DNA of 63,767 bases, filler included, from Octopus bimaculoides (taxonomy: Eukaryota): the NCBI RefSeq assembly GCF_001194135.2. It is 10 parts of 9 records of this genome, joined end to end, with 100 filler letters (N's around TTAATTAATTAA, not from the genome) between each part and the next. Parts side by side here need not be neighbours in the genome. Positions count along the whole stretch, not along the records: positions 26,461 to 34,063 come from NW_026390700.1; positions 34,164 to 43,721 come from NC_068981.1; 8 more parts are not named here. One strand, given 5' to 3'. The notes below the pieces were generated by a model. It ran no database searches and was not told the origin of the DNA. It saw nothing but the letters and a program-made list of their open reading frames with translations. Shown here in pieces: positions 26,719-40,170 of the stretch. Made by a program: the position numbers and the translations under genes. Positions within the stretch are counted from its first letter, which is position 1; each line of letters opens with the position of its first letter.

Positions 26719-27771
26719 CATACACACAATGGCATTAGGAATGGCATCTAGCTGTAGAAAGCATGCCAAATCAGATTGGAACCTGGTGCAACTCTCCAGC
26801 TTGCCATTTCAGGCCAACATAGAAAGCAGACACTAACTAATGATGATGACTATGATAATGCACACACACACACACACACACACACAGACATATATGTATA
26901 TACATACAAATGTTCTGAAAAAAGTTATCAATTTAAAATTGCTCTTTTTTGTCTTTTATTAATAAAAAATCTTATAAATTATGTTTATTATATTAAAATG
27001 TAAACATCAATAAAAAATGCTTTCTCTGAAAAAAATCTTTTTTTAATATAANNNNNNNNNNNNNNNNNNNNNNNNNNNNNNNNNNNNNNNNNNNNNNNNN
27101 NNNNNNNNNNNNNNNNNNNNNNNNNNNNNNNNNNNNNNNNNNNNNNNNNNNNNNNNNNNNNNNNNNNNNNNNNNNNNNNNNNNNNNNNNNNNNNNNNNNN
27201 NNNNNNNNNNNNNNNNNNNNNNNNNNNNNNNNNNNNNNNNNNNNNNNNNNNNNNNNNNNNNNNNNNNNNNNNNNNNNNNNNNNNNNNNNNNNNNNNNNNN
27301 NNNNNNNNNNNNNNNNNNNNNNNNNNNNNNNNNNNNNNNNNNNNNNNNNNNNNNNNNNNNNNNNNNNNNNNNNNNNNNNNNNNNNNNNNNNNNNNNNNNN
27401 NNNNNNNNNNNNNNNNNNNNNNNNNNNNNNNNNNNNNNNNNNNNNNNNNNNNNNNNNNNNNNNNNNNNNNNNNNNNNNNNNNNNNNNNNNNNNNNNNNNN
27501 NNNNNNNNNNNNNNNNNNNNNNNNNNNNNNNNNNNNNNNNNNNNNNNNNNNNNNNNNNNNNNNNNNNNNNNNNNNNNNNNNNNNNNNNNNNNNNNNNNNN
27601 NNNNNNNNNNNNNNNNNNNNNNNNNNNNNNNNNNNNNNNNNNNNNNNNNNNNNNNNNNNNNNNNNNNNNNNNNNNNNNNNNNNNNNNNNNNNNNNNNNNN
27701 NNNNNNNNNNNNNNNNNNNNNNNNNNNNNNNNNNNNNNNNNNNNNNNNNNNNNNNNNNNNNNNNNNNNNNN

Positions 27772-28293
27772 GCAACAGAGATATTGTTTTCGAGAGCCAT
27801 CAAAATAGCATCAGCAGCAGACAGGCCAGCACCAACAACAACAACAGGATCAGAATCACTTGCAATCTCTTTTTTGGTAATCATTTGTTCAAAAGGTTTA
27901 AGAGAGTGTACCACATAAGGCAGATTTTCCCCGGTGGTGCCTAATCGGTTAGGTAGGTCCGTCGTACCTGTGGCTAAAACTACTGAGTTGCTTTGGAAAC
28001 AAAAGTCCTCGTGTGGTAAAGGTTCTTGGCTATCACCTCGTTTTGCATTCACTTTATGTCCACGTACTTCCCATAAGAATTTATGGTTTGCTTTAACATT
28101 TTGACAGCAAGGCATTGCTTCCCCACTCTCACAATCAATTCCTTCACAAGTGTCCAGAACTTTCTGCACAGAACTAACTAAATAACCATTGCGGAAATTC
28201 TTGTAAATGTTCTTTTCTTTTAAAAAATCGCAATAATAGTTGCGGACATCTGCAACAGTTGCACGATTGTCTTTCCTGTTTTTTTCAGACACC
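27772..28293 (-). CDS. OSGIN: OSGIN1/2-like oxidative stress-induced growth inhibitor, large exon (runs into gap)
   Basis: NRATVADVRNYY...LWEVRG...VVLATGTTDLPNRLG..GENLPYVVH...SDPVVVVGAGLSAADAIL matches OSGIN family motifs as I recall them; TTTCTTTCTTCAG acceptor above 28293. Confidence 0.92.
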
Positions 28294-30159
28294 CTGAAGA
28301 AAGAAAAAATATGAAATTTAATCAGAGTTAATGAACAAAGATACACATCAGAGAAAAGAAAAGAAAACTGACGAGCCTTAAAAAAGTTATCTCTAAATAA
28401 TTTTTGTATGTCTAGTGTTCTATGGTTCATACTGAAATTCCATACATATGAACAAACTATAAAAGTATTCTATATAAAAGTATTTAGGCAGCGAGCTGGC
28501 AGAAACGATAGCATGCCGGGCGAAATGTTTAGCGGTGTTTCGTCTGCGGTTACGTTCTGAGTTCAAATTTCGCCGAGGTCGACTTTGCCTTTCATCCTAT
28601 TGGGGTCAATAAATTAAGTACCAGTTACGCACTGGGGTCGATGTAATCGACTTAATCCCTTTGTCTGTCCTTGTTTGTCCCCTCTATGTTCAGCCCCTTG
28701 TGGGCAATAAAAAAAAAAAATATAAAAGTATTCTGCACTTATATGAAATTTATAAGGCCAAATTAACAGCCACAGAATATGAATTTTTAATATCAGATTC
28801 AAGCTGTGAAACTTGTAGACTTTGATTTTTCAGCTCTGTTCAGTAGAACATCTTTGACAAACGTCATTTTACTGGTATTATCTATCAGACAAAAAAAAGA
28901 TGGCGAGCTGGCAGAAACGTTAGCACATCAGGTGAAATGCTTAGCGGTATTTTGTCTGTCTTTACGTTCTGAGTTCAAATTCCACCGAGGTCAACTTTGC
29001 CTTCCATCCTTTCAGGGTCGATAAATTAACTACCAGTTGCGTACTGAGGTTAATCTAATCAACTGGCCCACTCCCCCAAAATTTCGGGCCTTGTGCCTAG
29101 AGTAGAAAAGATTATCTATCAGACAAACTTGTCAAAAAATAAAATTTTCTTTTCCCTTTGTTTTTCTTTTGAAAATACTAATATCTGAAAAATTGGTTTC
29201 AAATTTTGGCACAAGACCAGCAATTTTGGGAGAGTAGGGTACGTCAATTACATTGACCGCCCCAGTGCTTAACTGGTACTTTTTTTTTTATTCAACTTCG
29301 AAAGGATGAAAGGCAAAGTCAAACTTGGCAGAATTTGAACTCAGAATGTAAAGATGGACGAAGAGCCACAAAGCATTTTGCCTGGCATGCTAATGACTGT
29401 GTCAGCTCACTGTCTGTACATTTGAAATGTATCTGAAGTGTGAAGTGATCTGTACACTGTGTAACAAAATTAAAATTTCTTTGGTCTTTGGTCAGTAAGT
29501 ATTATTTCTTATTTGCTTCTATCTAGAAATCAAAGGAAATGACTACTACTCCCTTCAAACTTTGCTTTTGTGACCTGGTCATAAATGTTTTGAAACCGAC
29601 TTAGTTCCATTACATTTCAGACAGATTCAGTGCTGAGTTGCTGAAGCAGAAATATCGTTATAGTAAATATTCTGCTCAATAGCACAGATTTGCTTGTTAG
29701 TTGCTTGCCTTAATCACTTGCGTATGTCCCTTAGTGGCTGACAATATGTGCATCTCATACTGTCATCATCTCTGATGGTGAGGAGTAGTGGGGGGGGGAG
29801 CATCACAGCTATGTGTTGAAAGGGATTCATTAAAGCTTGAATAAATGTAACAGAAGCAAAGTTTGAAAGAAATATCAGCCATTTTTCATACTTCCTAGGG
29901 AGTAAGCAAATAGGAAATAACAGTTGCTACCTGGGGACAAAAGCCGTGTTATACAGTGTAATTAATTCATAAACTCCAATCATTATGTAATAGTGTCAAA
30001 CAAGGCACATAACTCTGCTTGCTTCAGTTTATTAGACAAAAAAAAATTCTACTTCTTTATGATTGAGTGATAAACATCCATCAATAATACAAAGCCATAA
30101 CAAAATAAAAACAAATAAATGATGAAACATAAAGCAAAAAAATTTCTCTTTCATAGACG

Positions 30160-30520
30160 TCATCATCGTCGTTTAATGTCTGCTTTCCATGCTAGCATGG
30201 GTTGGACGATTTGACTGAGGACTGGTGGACCAGAAGGCGACACCAGGCTCCAATCTGATTTGGCAGAGTTTCTACAGCTGGATGCCCTTTCTAACGACAA
30301 CCACTCTGAGAGTGTAGTGGGTGTTTTACGTGCCACCGGCACAAGGGCCAGTCAGGCGGTACTGGCAACGGCCATGCTCGAAATGGTGTATTTTACGTGC
30401 CACCTGCACAGGAGCCAGTCCATCGGCCCTGGCAACGATCTCGCTCGAATGTCTTTTCAATTGCCAGGGAGGCGACGTTGGTAACGATCAATGGCCACAC
30501 TCGAAATGGTGTAGTGTATC
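30160..30520 (-). mobile_element. SINE/non-autonomous retroelement (family C, GAT tail)
   Basis: CATGCTAGCATGGGTTGGACG...GGCAGAGTTTCTACAGCTGGATGCCC. Copies at 38135-38380, 39960-40140, 43822-44042 and 49295-49770. Confidence 0.9.
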
Positions 30521-30576
30521 TTATTTTACAATAGTTTAACTGATGTGTCAATGGCGAAATGACATGAAATACTTAC

Positions 30577-30671
30577 GAGGTTTTCTTTTTGTTTAGCCAT
30601 TTCTGTAAAGGCAAAGATGGTAGTTCCATCCAGTTACTAATGCTGATAGTCTGTAAGTTTCCATCCATTTG
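30577..30671 (-). CDS. OSGIN: OSGIN1/2-like upstream exon (95 nt)
   Basis: TTCTCCAG acceptor and GTAAGT donor; QMDGNLQTISISNWMELPSLPLQKWLNKKKT + TC joins the G at 28293 in frame. Resembles the vertebrate MDGSMLTISFGNWMELP segment. Confidence 0.92.
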
Positions 30672-31906
30672 CTGGAGAATAGAAAACAAAAAGACAGATT
30701 AAGAAATTGCTTGGACAATTAGGAATAAACACTATATATGTTGTTGGTTAGCCCAAGGTCAGTTGTTACAATAGCAAGATGGAAGCAGTCAAATGAACTT
30801 TGACTAGTGTTCTAGTCATGATCATCCACTCCTTTTTCAAACATAGGGTATTTAGACTACATTAACTAATGTAACACTCCTTTTTTATGATGGTGTAGTG
30901 TAATTTGAGGGAGATGTGATTGTTATTTCTAGCAGATCAGACAATTCTGTACAGACCCTTGCGATTCAGTAGTAGTAGTAGTAGTGATCATGGTGGTAGT
31001 GGTGGCCATGATGGATTCAGTGCTGATGGGGGTGTATTGTTTTTTTCTTTGGCTCCAGTTAAATAAAAAGTGAAGCCACTGCTTAGTGGTTAGAGTATTC
31101 GGCTCATGATCATAAAATCATGAATTTGATTCCCAGCAGTGCACTGTATTCTTGAGCAAGACTCAAGGATACCTCATTTTACTCCAGTTCGCTCGGCATC
31201 TTTGAACAAGACTCAAAGATACTTCAAGTTGCTCCAGATCACTCAGCTGGTAAAAATGAGTAGTACCTGCATTTCAAAGGGCCAGCCTTGTCACATTCTG
31301 TGTCACACTGAATCTCCTCGAGAACTACGTTAAAAGTATGTATGTTTGAGGAGTACTCAACCACTTACACGTTAATTCCATAAGCAGGCTGTTCCACTGA
31401 TCAGATCAATTGGAACCCTTATTATTGTAACTGACAGGGTGCCAAAACAAAAAAAAAAAGCTCCAGACTGAGCAGACTTCGGATCAAAAATGTTCCATTT
31501 AACCATCCAGCCTTTTATCCTTAGATAGCATATCAATAGTATTATTGATATGCAATCTGAATTATCAAATACATCCTTCATTTCTTCTTAAAAGCTGGTA
31601 CAGTGTGATTTAAAGGAGATTTGGCTGCTATTGTTAACAATCTGAATAACTACAAAGAAGGTTGCTCATTGGTACAACACATTCATATTGTTATTGTTTT
31701 TTGGGAAAGAATGCCACCACATCATTGTTTCACATATTGAAACATGCTTGATCCATTGGCATCTTCATATTTCATCCGCTTTTACCTTTCCCTCACAATC
31801 CCATGCTAGAACGCTTTGGAAACAGCTTCTCTGTTAAATTAGGTCCAAGTCTCCAGTGCTATCTCAACTATCCTAGAGACTAGATCAAGTTAATCTCTTC
31901 ACCTAA

Positions 31907-31937
<31 letters not shown>

Positions 31938-34900
31938 GGGTGGTGAGTTGGTAGAATTGTTAGCATGTTGGGTAAAATGCTTAGCGGCATTTCATCCATC
32001 TTCACATTCTGAGTTCAAACTTCACCATGGTTGACTTTGCCTTTCATCGTTTTGGAGTTGATAAAATAAATACCAGTTGAGTACTGGGGTCGATGTTATC
32101 GACTTACCCTCTCCACCAAACTTGCTGGCTTTGTGCCAAAATTTTGAAATCATCATCATCATTTTATTATTATCATCAACATTATTATTATCTTATAAGT
32201 ACTAGGGTTGATTTGCTTAACTAAACCCTTCAAGGTGCTCCAGCATGGCTGCTGTCCAATGACTGAAACAAGTGGTAAGAAAAAAAACAACAAAAAAAAG
32301 AACACAATGTATTCTAATGATAAAATGCAAGTTCATAAAAAAAGTATTGTTATTAATAAAAAATACTGCTGATTAAACAGTATTATAAATACACTAATCA
32401 AACTGCCTTCAAATCATCTACCCAAGTTTATCTATTTCTCTCAGCTCAATTTGCTAAATAGAGAGCAAACTTGGTAAATTAGAGACAAAGTTTCCATTCC
32501 TTTATAGTTCTTTATCCCTTCACATATTTCTTCTCTTCCCACGACCACATGAATATGTTTTGGATTCATTTCTGTTCGCTTTGAAGGACAAGGAAGTGAT
32601 AAGACATATGGTTATCTTTCTAAATAACTAGCTCTAACTAAAACATATAATGATAAGTCAGTTACTAACCACATCCTGATCAAATACCTAATAGTTTGCT
32701 GTAGTTGCCCTGTTCCCTATCCTGGTGCTTCATTCTCAATGTTGTTTCACTTCGCTTGTCTCGATGTCTTATCAGTGATTTCCCTTATCAACTAAAAACA
32801 TCTGTTCAAATTCTCTTCCTAACTTCTTTTCATTGCTTCCTCTCCCTTCTATACTCTCAATATCTCTCCTCTTGTTTTTTTGTTTTTTTTTCCTGTCTGT
32901 CCCTTTCTCTATAAATGCTATATCATCTGAAAATCTTACAAACCTGCAATCAACTATCAGAGAACCAACCTAAGAAACTCAACCTCTGCAGTAGCAGTGA
33001 AGGAATGGTAAAGAATGAACACAAATTAGAGGAGTCTCTGAGTGCTGTGACAATACAGTTAGCCTTGCTGATGCATGACCTCATTTCCACTTTTTGCCTA
33101 GTTAGTTATTAGTACAGAGTTGACACTTAATAACATCCTGATGAACAATTTCCTTTGCTTCTAGGAATTTTATCAAGGCTTCCAGTCCATTCCAATTCTC
33201 TTCCCTAACATGCAAACTACCATACATGTTATTCTTCTTATCCTCTATATATCCAAGCTACTCTCTTATATTCCAAACTTCTCTTACAGGTTGCTTAACC
33301 TGCTAGAAATACCATGCAAAAAAAACAGAAAGATACATCTCAATAAAAGATGGGACTGTTACAACTGGAATACCATTGATTATAGATTTGCTTGATCAAA
33401 ATTGACCTGAAGCTAAACAAAAATTTTACTAAACCAACACTCTCTCATTTCGATACCAAAAACAAAGATCTTCAGTGTTCTAAGATCATTTTTGTCTCTA
33501 CACTCTAAACTTTTCCAACCACTAGCAGTTGTTTTAATTTCTCTCAAACTACAGTGAAGATATCAATTTCAATTCACTTTCCTCCTGAACTCTCTTAGTA
33601 TTACAAACCATCTAGCTTGTCATGACTTCATCCATTTTATATTAACAACCCCTGATAGTAAATGTATTTCAGACTCACACCATCTAAGATGTCTGAGTGT
33701 CCAAGATCATCCTCCGAGGTATGACACTTCAAATTCTTCACACAACCAAAACCCATAGCCTCAAGTGTGTGTGTGAGAGAGAGAGAGAGAGAAACAGAGA
33801 GAGTACATGTATACCTATATATATAAATTTAATGTACAATGTATGGATTTATATAGACCAGTGGTAATCACAAAAAAAGCTCCTTTAGTGAACCTGGCTA
33901 CATACTACAATGTAAACCAACACATAGGAGGATAAGTAGAGTCTTATGAAGTTTAAATCTAATGAATCCAACCAATAAAAATTCATTCATGCGGAGTATA
34001 TACAATATAAAGAAAGTCAGGAGGTATGATAGATAAAATATATAAATGTATGTGTATATATATNNNNNNNNNNNNNNNNNNNNNNNNNNNNNNNNNNNNN
34101 NNNNNNNTTAATTAATTAANNNNNNNNNNNNNNNNNNNNNNNNNNNNNNNNNNNNNNNNNNNNATTTGCTGCCGATAAGGTAAACTGCACATAAGCGGTA
34201 AATTTTGAAAAATTAAGCATATAGGCACAAGTCATGTTTTCTATGTAGTGCCTCGTGTTTATATGTTAATCTAGGTTGTTCTGCTGATGATAGCTGACCT
34301 TGCAAAATATTTTATTTTGCTAAAATAGCTTGAAGCCATGGTTCAGAAAATAGATTGGTAAATGTTTTTATTTTTCATTCCCTTTCGAAATTATCCCTAA
34401 TTGTGGTATAGAGTTTTTGGCTGCTCTTTCTGGCAGGTTAGATGTCCTATTATAGGCATCTCTGTATTTTAAATGAATATATATATAATCAAATGAATTA
34501 TAACATACAATGGATAATTGTCAGCTCATTATTGCTGTTTCTTATGTAACTTTTTAATAAAAGAATAAGAACATTACATCATTATAAAAGACCGTAATCA
34601 TCAGATGAGAAGTAATTTCACAAAACCAAAGAATATCTCAAGAATACAGCAGGGATGTGGCTATAGTTGTTGAGGCCAACTATGAAATGGGAGAATGATC
34701 AACTATGTTGGCTGTTTAAGTTAAGAATGGAGTTCTTGAAAGTGTGATATCTAAGATCAGTGATTCAGGTGAGGAGTCTACTAGACAAGATCATAGGTAG
34801 ACTGGAGTGGAGTGTAGGAGATAATTCATTATAGTAGGCTTAGAGTAATGGTAAGTAAGGAGAGATCATAAAACAATTAAGGATAAGGGAAAAAAGAAAT

Positions 34901-35129
34901 GATTAAAAAAATTAGACTAAAGAGTGAAGGAAAATAATTAAAAGTAAAAATAAAGTGTACAAGCCAATCTGGTATAGGGGCGGGGTATATGAATCTCTAG
35001 CTAATGCTAAATGACCAAGGGAAGGGGACAGAGAAACACAGAAATTAGGGGTATTCAATGGATATTGGCCGAAAGTAGGGGTGGTATGAAGGCTATCAAA
35101 TAATAAAATCGAACTTTTATGGAAATGAT

Positions 35130-35177
<48 letters not shown>

Positions 35178-35769
35178 AAGTAGAGTGTTATGTATCAATA
35201 AGTGGTTTAAAGAAGCATATAATGAACTACACCTAGTATGAAGATAGAGGAAATAGCCAATCAGATATCAAGGAAAGCCAGCAGTGGGGAGAGGTCTAAT
35301 GATTAACTTTGGTGGTGGTGATGATGTCAAAATTGGATGGTATAATCACCTTTGTGTGAAATCGGGTGAAGCAACTCAGGACAATAATCATGGGTAAGGG
35401 GTGTTAATAGTGTGTTCTATCTATTGTATAAGAAGCGCTGCTCAAAAAACTGTATGTTGGTGTAAGGAGTACATAGCTAGCAGAAATGTCTAGGATGTGC
35501 AGGCTGCTACTAAAGTTTAGGTATCACTGTCATTGCTATTGCATAAAACTGGATACACCACAGATAGAATGGTTAGTTCCTTCAATATAGCATACTATGC
35601 AAGTATAGTAAGAGTGGTTAAAAGGTATTGGTAAAGGGAAAACAAGACTAGGAGGACTCAGAAACAAATGGGTAGATTGATAGGCTAAAGGATTAGCAAA
35701 AGAAAGAATAAATTGGATTGGACCTAGATTGGGGGCTATTATAGAGGTTGTTTAATGTCCTTAAAGTAT

Positions 35770-37284
35770 TTAAACATGCAGGTAGCCTCATGTATACAGG
35801 AAAGACAAAGGTCTAATTTATTATTTAGTAGATTTTCACTATTAGATCTCCTTAAAATTTCAAATAGCGCCATGCAGCAAAGTCTGCATCTGTATCTACT
35901 GTTTCAGTACAGTTTAACGACCCTAATGATGTACCAACTCAATGAGTTTCAACTCCTTGAGTTCCCAAATCTTCATGGCTAGGGACGTCCTGTCAACCCT
36001 ATGGCTTAATTTAAAAGATGAATAGTGGTTACATAAGCGCCTTTGAGATTTACGGAACAGCCGATATATGTATAAGCGTTGGTGTCCGTTACAACATCAC
36101 ATTTGTAAACCACTTTTTCTGTTGAATATTGACCCAAGAGCAGACAAGATGTTTTGTCGAAACAATTGCACCCAATATTTTCTAATACTTGAAATTTATT
36201 GTTACAGGTACATGATCCAACATTATTACTGTGTAATAGTTGAAGCTCGCGAGAGTTACTGGTGTTCACATAGTAGTTACTGGGGTTTATATTACTATGA
36301 TCAATACTATTATTATTAAAATTAGTTGCTGAGCCCTGGGTCGGAGATTGTTAGTACTGAGTGTTGACATAAGTGATTTGGCTTTCAGATAGTGACACTA
36401 GAGGGTCGAGGGTGGGTGGTATAATGGAAAGATTACCAGCACAGGTGTTAGAGTTCTGTACATTTAGCATATTGGCAGCATAAATGCGAGTAGGATGGCT
36501 TTCATTACAGCTAGTGGAGAGTGTTGTAGAGATTGGTATTGTGTGAGCCTAAGCTAGTTGAATCCATACTGCTGCTACTATAGGTAGTTGTGACATAGTT
36601 GGTTTGGCTGCTGTCCCTATTTGTGGCTGGCTGACTTTTGTCAGAATCATAATATCTACTATCTGGAAATACTAGCTCATTGTTGTATTCTTGTACACAG
36701 TATTAGTGTCAGTAGAGATATGAGGAATATTCAGAGATTTAACATTAATACTATTAGTATTATTGCTTTTCCTACTGCGATTTTTATTGGGGGTGGTGCT
36801 GTTAGGGGTATTATTACTACTTCTGGCCATGGATAAGTGTTTCTTATTCAGGCCAGCTATAATTGTACCTATATTGGGGAGTGTTGAGTAGGAGACCCTA
36901 ATGTTTCTACGGGAGAATAAACGGTAATACTTGTGTGAGGGGAAAAGTTGCGCTTTAGTATACTAAATAATTTTCTGCTTATATTAGTATCAATTACATA
37001 ATTGAAGGGAGGGTTATACCATGTTATGTCACATCTCTTCCTGTTTTTATCTTTGTATACACTATGTTTCCTATCCCCATACGTAGATAGGGGTTTGAGT
37101 GAGGAACATTTGTTTTTATATTTATCTTCATTTTTATATTTATTTTTATTTGTGTTGTTGCCAATATAGTCGCTGTCTGTATTTTCAGCAAAGTTGTTAG
37201 TTGCCCTCTCTCATGGTGCATATTCTCCAGGCAGTATTGACTACCTGGTCAAGTTTATTATTAATATTATTATTATTATCAATA

Positions 37285-37322
<38 letters not shown>

Positions 37323-38115
37323 TAGTTTTATTTTTATCATGTACTTTCACTGCACTATCAAGTGCAGCTCTGTGTGCCTTGGGTATGTGCTGTGGTTTGT
37401 TGTGGTGCTTTTATTTTCACTGTATTGAAAGTGTTTTATGTAGGATGTGTGGAGTACCTAGTATTGCTATTTTCTGTATGTTATATATACTTGTAAGTCC
37501 TGGAGATTTTGTTATATATTTGTCTGAATGCTTTTTTTATCATACCCAATGCACCTACTATGGTAATTATTATTATTATTATTATTGTTGTTGTTGTTGT
37601 TGTTGTTGTTGTTATGATTATAATTATTTTTGTTATTATCATTATTATTATTATTATCTTTAATGTTATTACTATAGTTCTTATTATTGTTATTATTATT
37701 GTTGTTGTTGTTGTTATTGTTATTTCCATATATTATTTTCTGTTCATATCCTGCATTGGAAAGAGCCAAATCGTAGAAGTGAAAGTATGAATTGAAAATA
37801 TCTTTGTTCACCAAAAGTTGCATAATTCTACGTGAAACCCTTTTAGCTAAAGATTTAATAACAGAGGTGGGGTGGTGATTTAAGAATTTGCTATCATATC
37901 TAGTGGTTTCATCTGGTTTTCTGTAGGGATAGTAAAGTCCTGATTTTAGGTTTAATGAGACGTCTAAGAAGTCAAGAGATTTAGTCCCTAGTTCAAAGGT
38001 CAAGTAGAGGTAAAAGTTATGGAAGAATTTCCAAAATTTTTGTGAGTTCTTTCAAGTAGTCATTTGCTATTAGAGGGTATGACAAAGAGAGTGTCATCCT
38101 TATATAGATCACCAT
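35770..38115 (-). mobile_element. Decayed Penelope-like element (RT, linker, GIY-YIG)
   Basis: YKDD, DFLDVSLNLKSGLYYPYRKP and YDLALSNAGY (RT); TWYNPPFN...RVSYSTLPNIGTII (linker); CNC...VVYKC...YTYIG (GIY-YIG). Stops and frameshifts present. Confidence 0.88.
37318..37562 (-). mobile_element. Dong/R4-like LINE 3' fragment inserted in the Penelope-like element
   Basis: IVGALGMIKK and a 3' UTR homologous to 6469-6700; (ATT)n on both flanks. Confidence 0.85.
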
Positions 38116-38394
38116 GAAGATATATATATATATATCATCATCATCATCATCATCATTGTTTAACATCCACTTTCCATGCTAGCATGGGTTGGACGATTTG
38201 ACTGAGGACTGGCGAGCCAGATGGCTACACCAGGCTCCAATCTGATTTGGCAGAGTTTCTACAGCTGGATGCCCTTCCTAACGCCAACCACTCCGAGAGT
38301 GTAGTGGGTGCTTTTACGTGCCACCGGCATGAAGGCCAGTCAGGCGGTACTGGCAAATGCCACACTCAAAATGGTGTATTTTATGTATGTATGT

Positions 38395-38470
<76 letters not shown>

Positions 38471-40170
38471 GTAGACAGACAGACAGATAGATAGATAGAC
38501 AAAACACACACACACACACATTTTCAAATATATGTAAATATATGTATTTGTCTTTTATCTTTCATCTTTTACTTGTTTCACTCATTAGACTATCCACCCC
38601 CACCCCCCACACACACACATTTAGCATTGATATCAGCGTTGGTCAGTGGTACCTGGAGGAGATCCCAAGGGAATATTTACTAGAAACTGCCATCTTTAAA
38701 ACAAGAATCACAATATCCTTATACATTCACTCACAAAAACACACAAACACATATTCATGTATACATGTTTTCGTTTCCTTTTTGCTGTTGTTGTCATCAT
38801 CATTATTATTTTTGTTCAGTATCATTTCTGTTATCTTTCTAGGGAATTCTCAAGGGAATTTTATGACCAGCTTCATGAGTAAAGTTTTTAAATCTATCAT
38901 ATATTTTTGTTCTTCGTTCTTGTTTCGAGAAGAAAATTAACTTCAAGCAACTTTTTCAGATCTCTTTTTAAACATCATTTTCTAAACCACAGAGTACACC
39001 ATTGAAAAGTAGAGCAGGCGCATACCATCTAGTGATCCCTTTTGGCCACCCCATTATTGCCCCATTTTTCTTCAATGCTCCCCTTGCATTTTTGTACCAC
39101 TTTCTGGACCTTTACACCACCCCAGGGTCAGGGGCAGTACAACTCACTTGGGGAACCACTGATTTACACAATTATTTAAGGGGAAAAAAATGGTTTTAAA
39201 CTTACTCTGCTGTTGAATTGTTTCTGAAAATAAGAGGTTTGTAGAAAGAACCTCCTATAGCTTTCTTGAGAAATAAAAATTAAAAATAAACCAGAGCAAA
39301 ATTTGAACTTTGACTACTAAAGTACCTTGACCTGCTTTCTTTTGTCTATAACAAGGATATTGATATCTATAGCACAATATTCAAGTTTTCTAAGGTTGAA
39401 TTAATCTTTCCTCTAATGAAACAATAAGAATGCACATATACATGCTAAATACTATTGTTTTAAAAATTTTCCATAAAAGAACCTATTCTAAATATACTTA
39501 AAATGCATACTGTATTCTCCAACATACAAGTTGACATAGTATATAGTGTAAACATTCAAACACTATCACCATCTTTCTAAATCCTGTTGCATTTCACATG
39601 AAATTTTTGTCCTCCAAAGTCATCTAGGTGTACAAGTTGACCTACCTTTTTCTGACTGTAAATTTTGATGAGAAAAATTCAACTTGTATGCCATATAATT
39701 ATATGGCAGTTTGTATATGTATGTATTTGCTAATATTTTGCCAAATTTACTACATAAACCTGGACAAAGTATTACCATAAAAAGTTTAACATATGTGTAC
39801 ATATTTATTGTGGAGTGTTCATTCTGCAAAGCTTTGACTAGGCTTGAAGTCACTGGCGCAAGAGGAGGAACATAAATTCCATTATTGAAGCTACTGTGAA
39901 GACCACTAGGTAGCTAGAGATAAAGAAGACAGAGTTCCTGGACTAGTTCTGTACAGCCACGTAGCCAGCCGATTGCAACTATACTCTCGGAGTGGTTGGT
40001 GTTAGGAAGGGCATCCAGCTGTAGAAACTCTGCCAAATCAGATTGGAGCCTGGTGTAGCCATCTGATTCACCAGTCCTCAGTCAAATCGTCCAACCCATG
40101 CTAGCATGGGAAGCGGACGTTAAACGATGATCATGATGATGATATATATACATACATACATACATACATA

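Noticed and set aside
26988-28430. The 480-aa ORF taken as the OSGIN start (MNHRTL...)
   Set aside because: The first ~45 residues are intronic; the acceptor above 28293 and the in-frame exon at 30577-30671 define the real structure.
32700-33760. Unique-looking sequence examined for upstream OSGIN exons
   Set aside because: All minus-strand frames between plausible splice sites contain stops; plus-strand traces look like a very old LINE relic.
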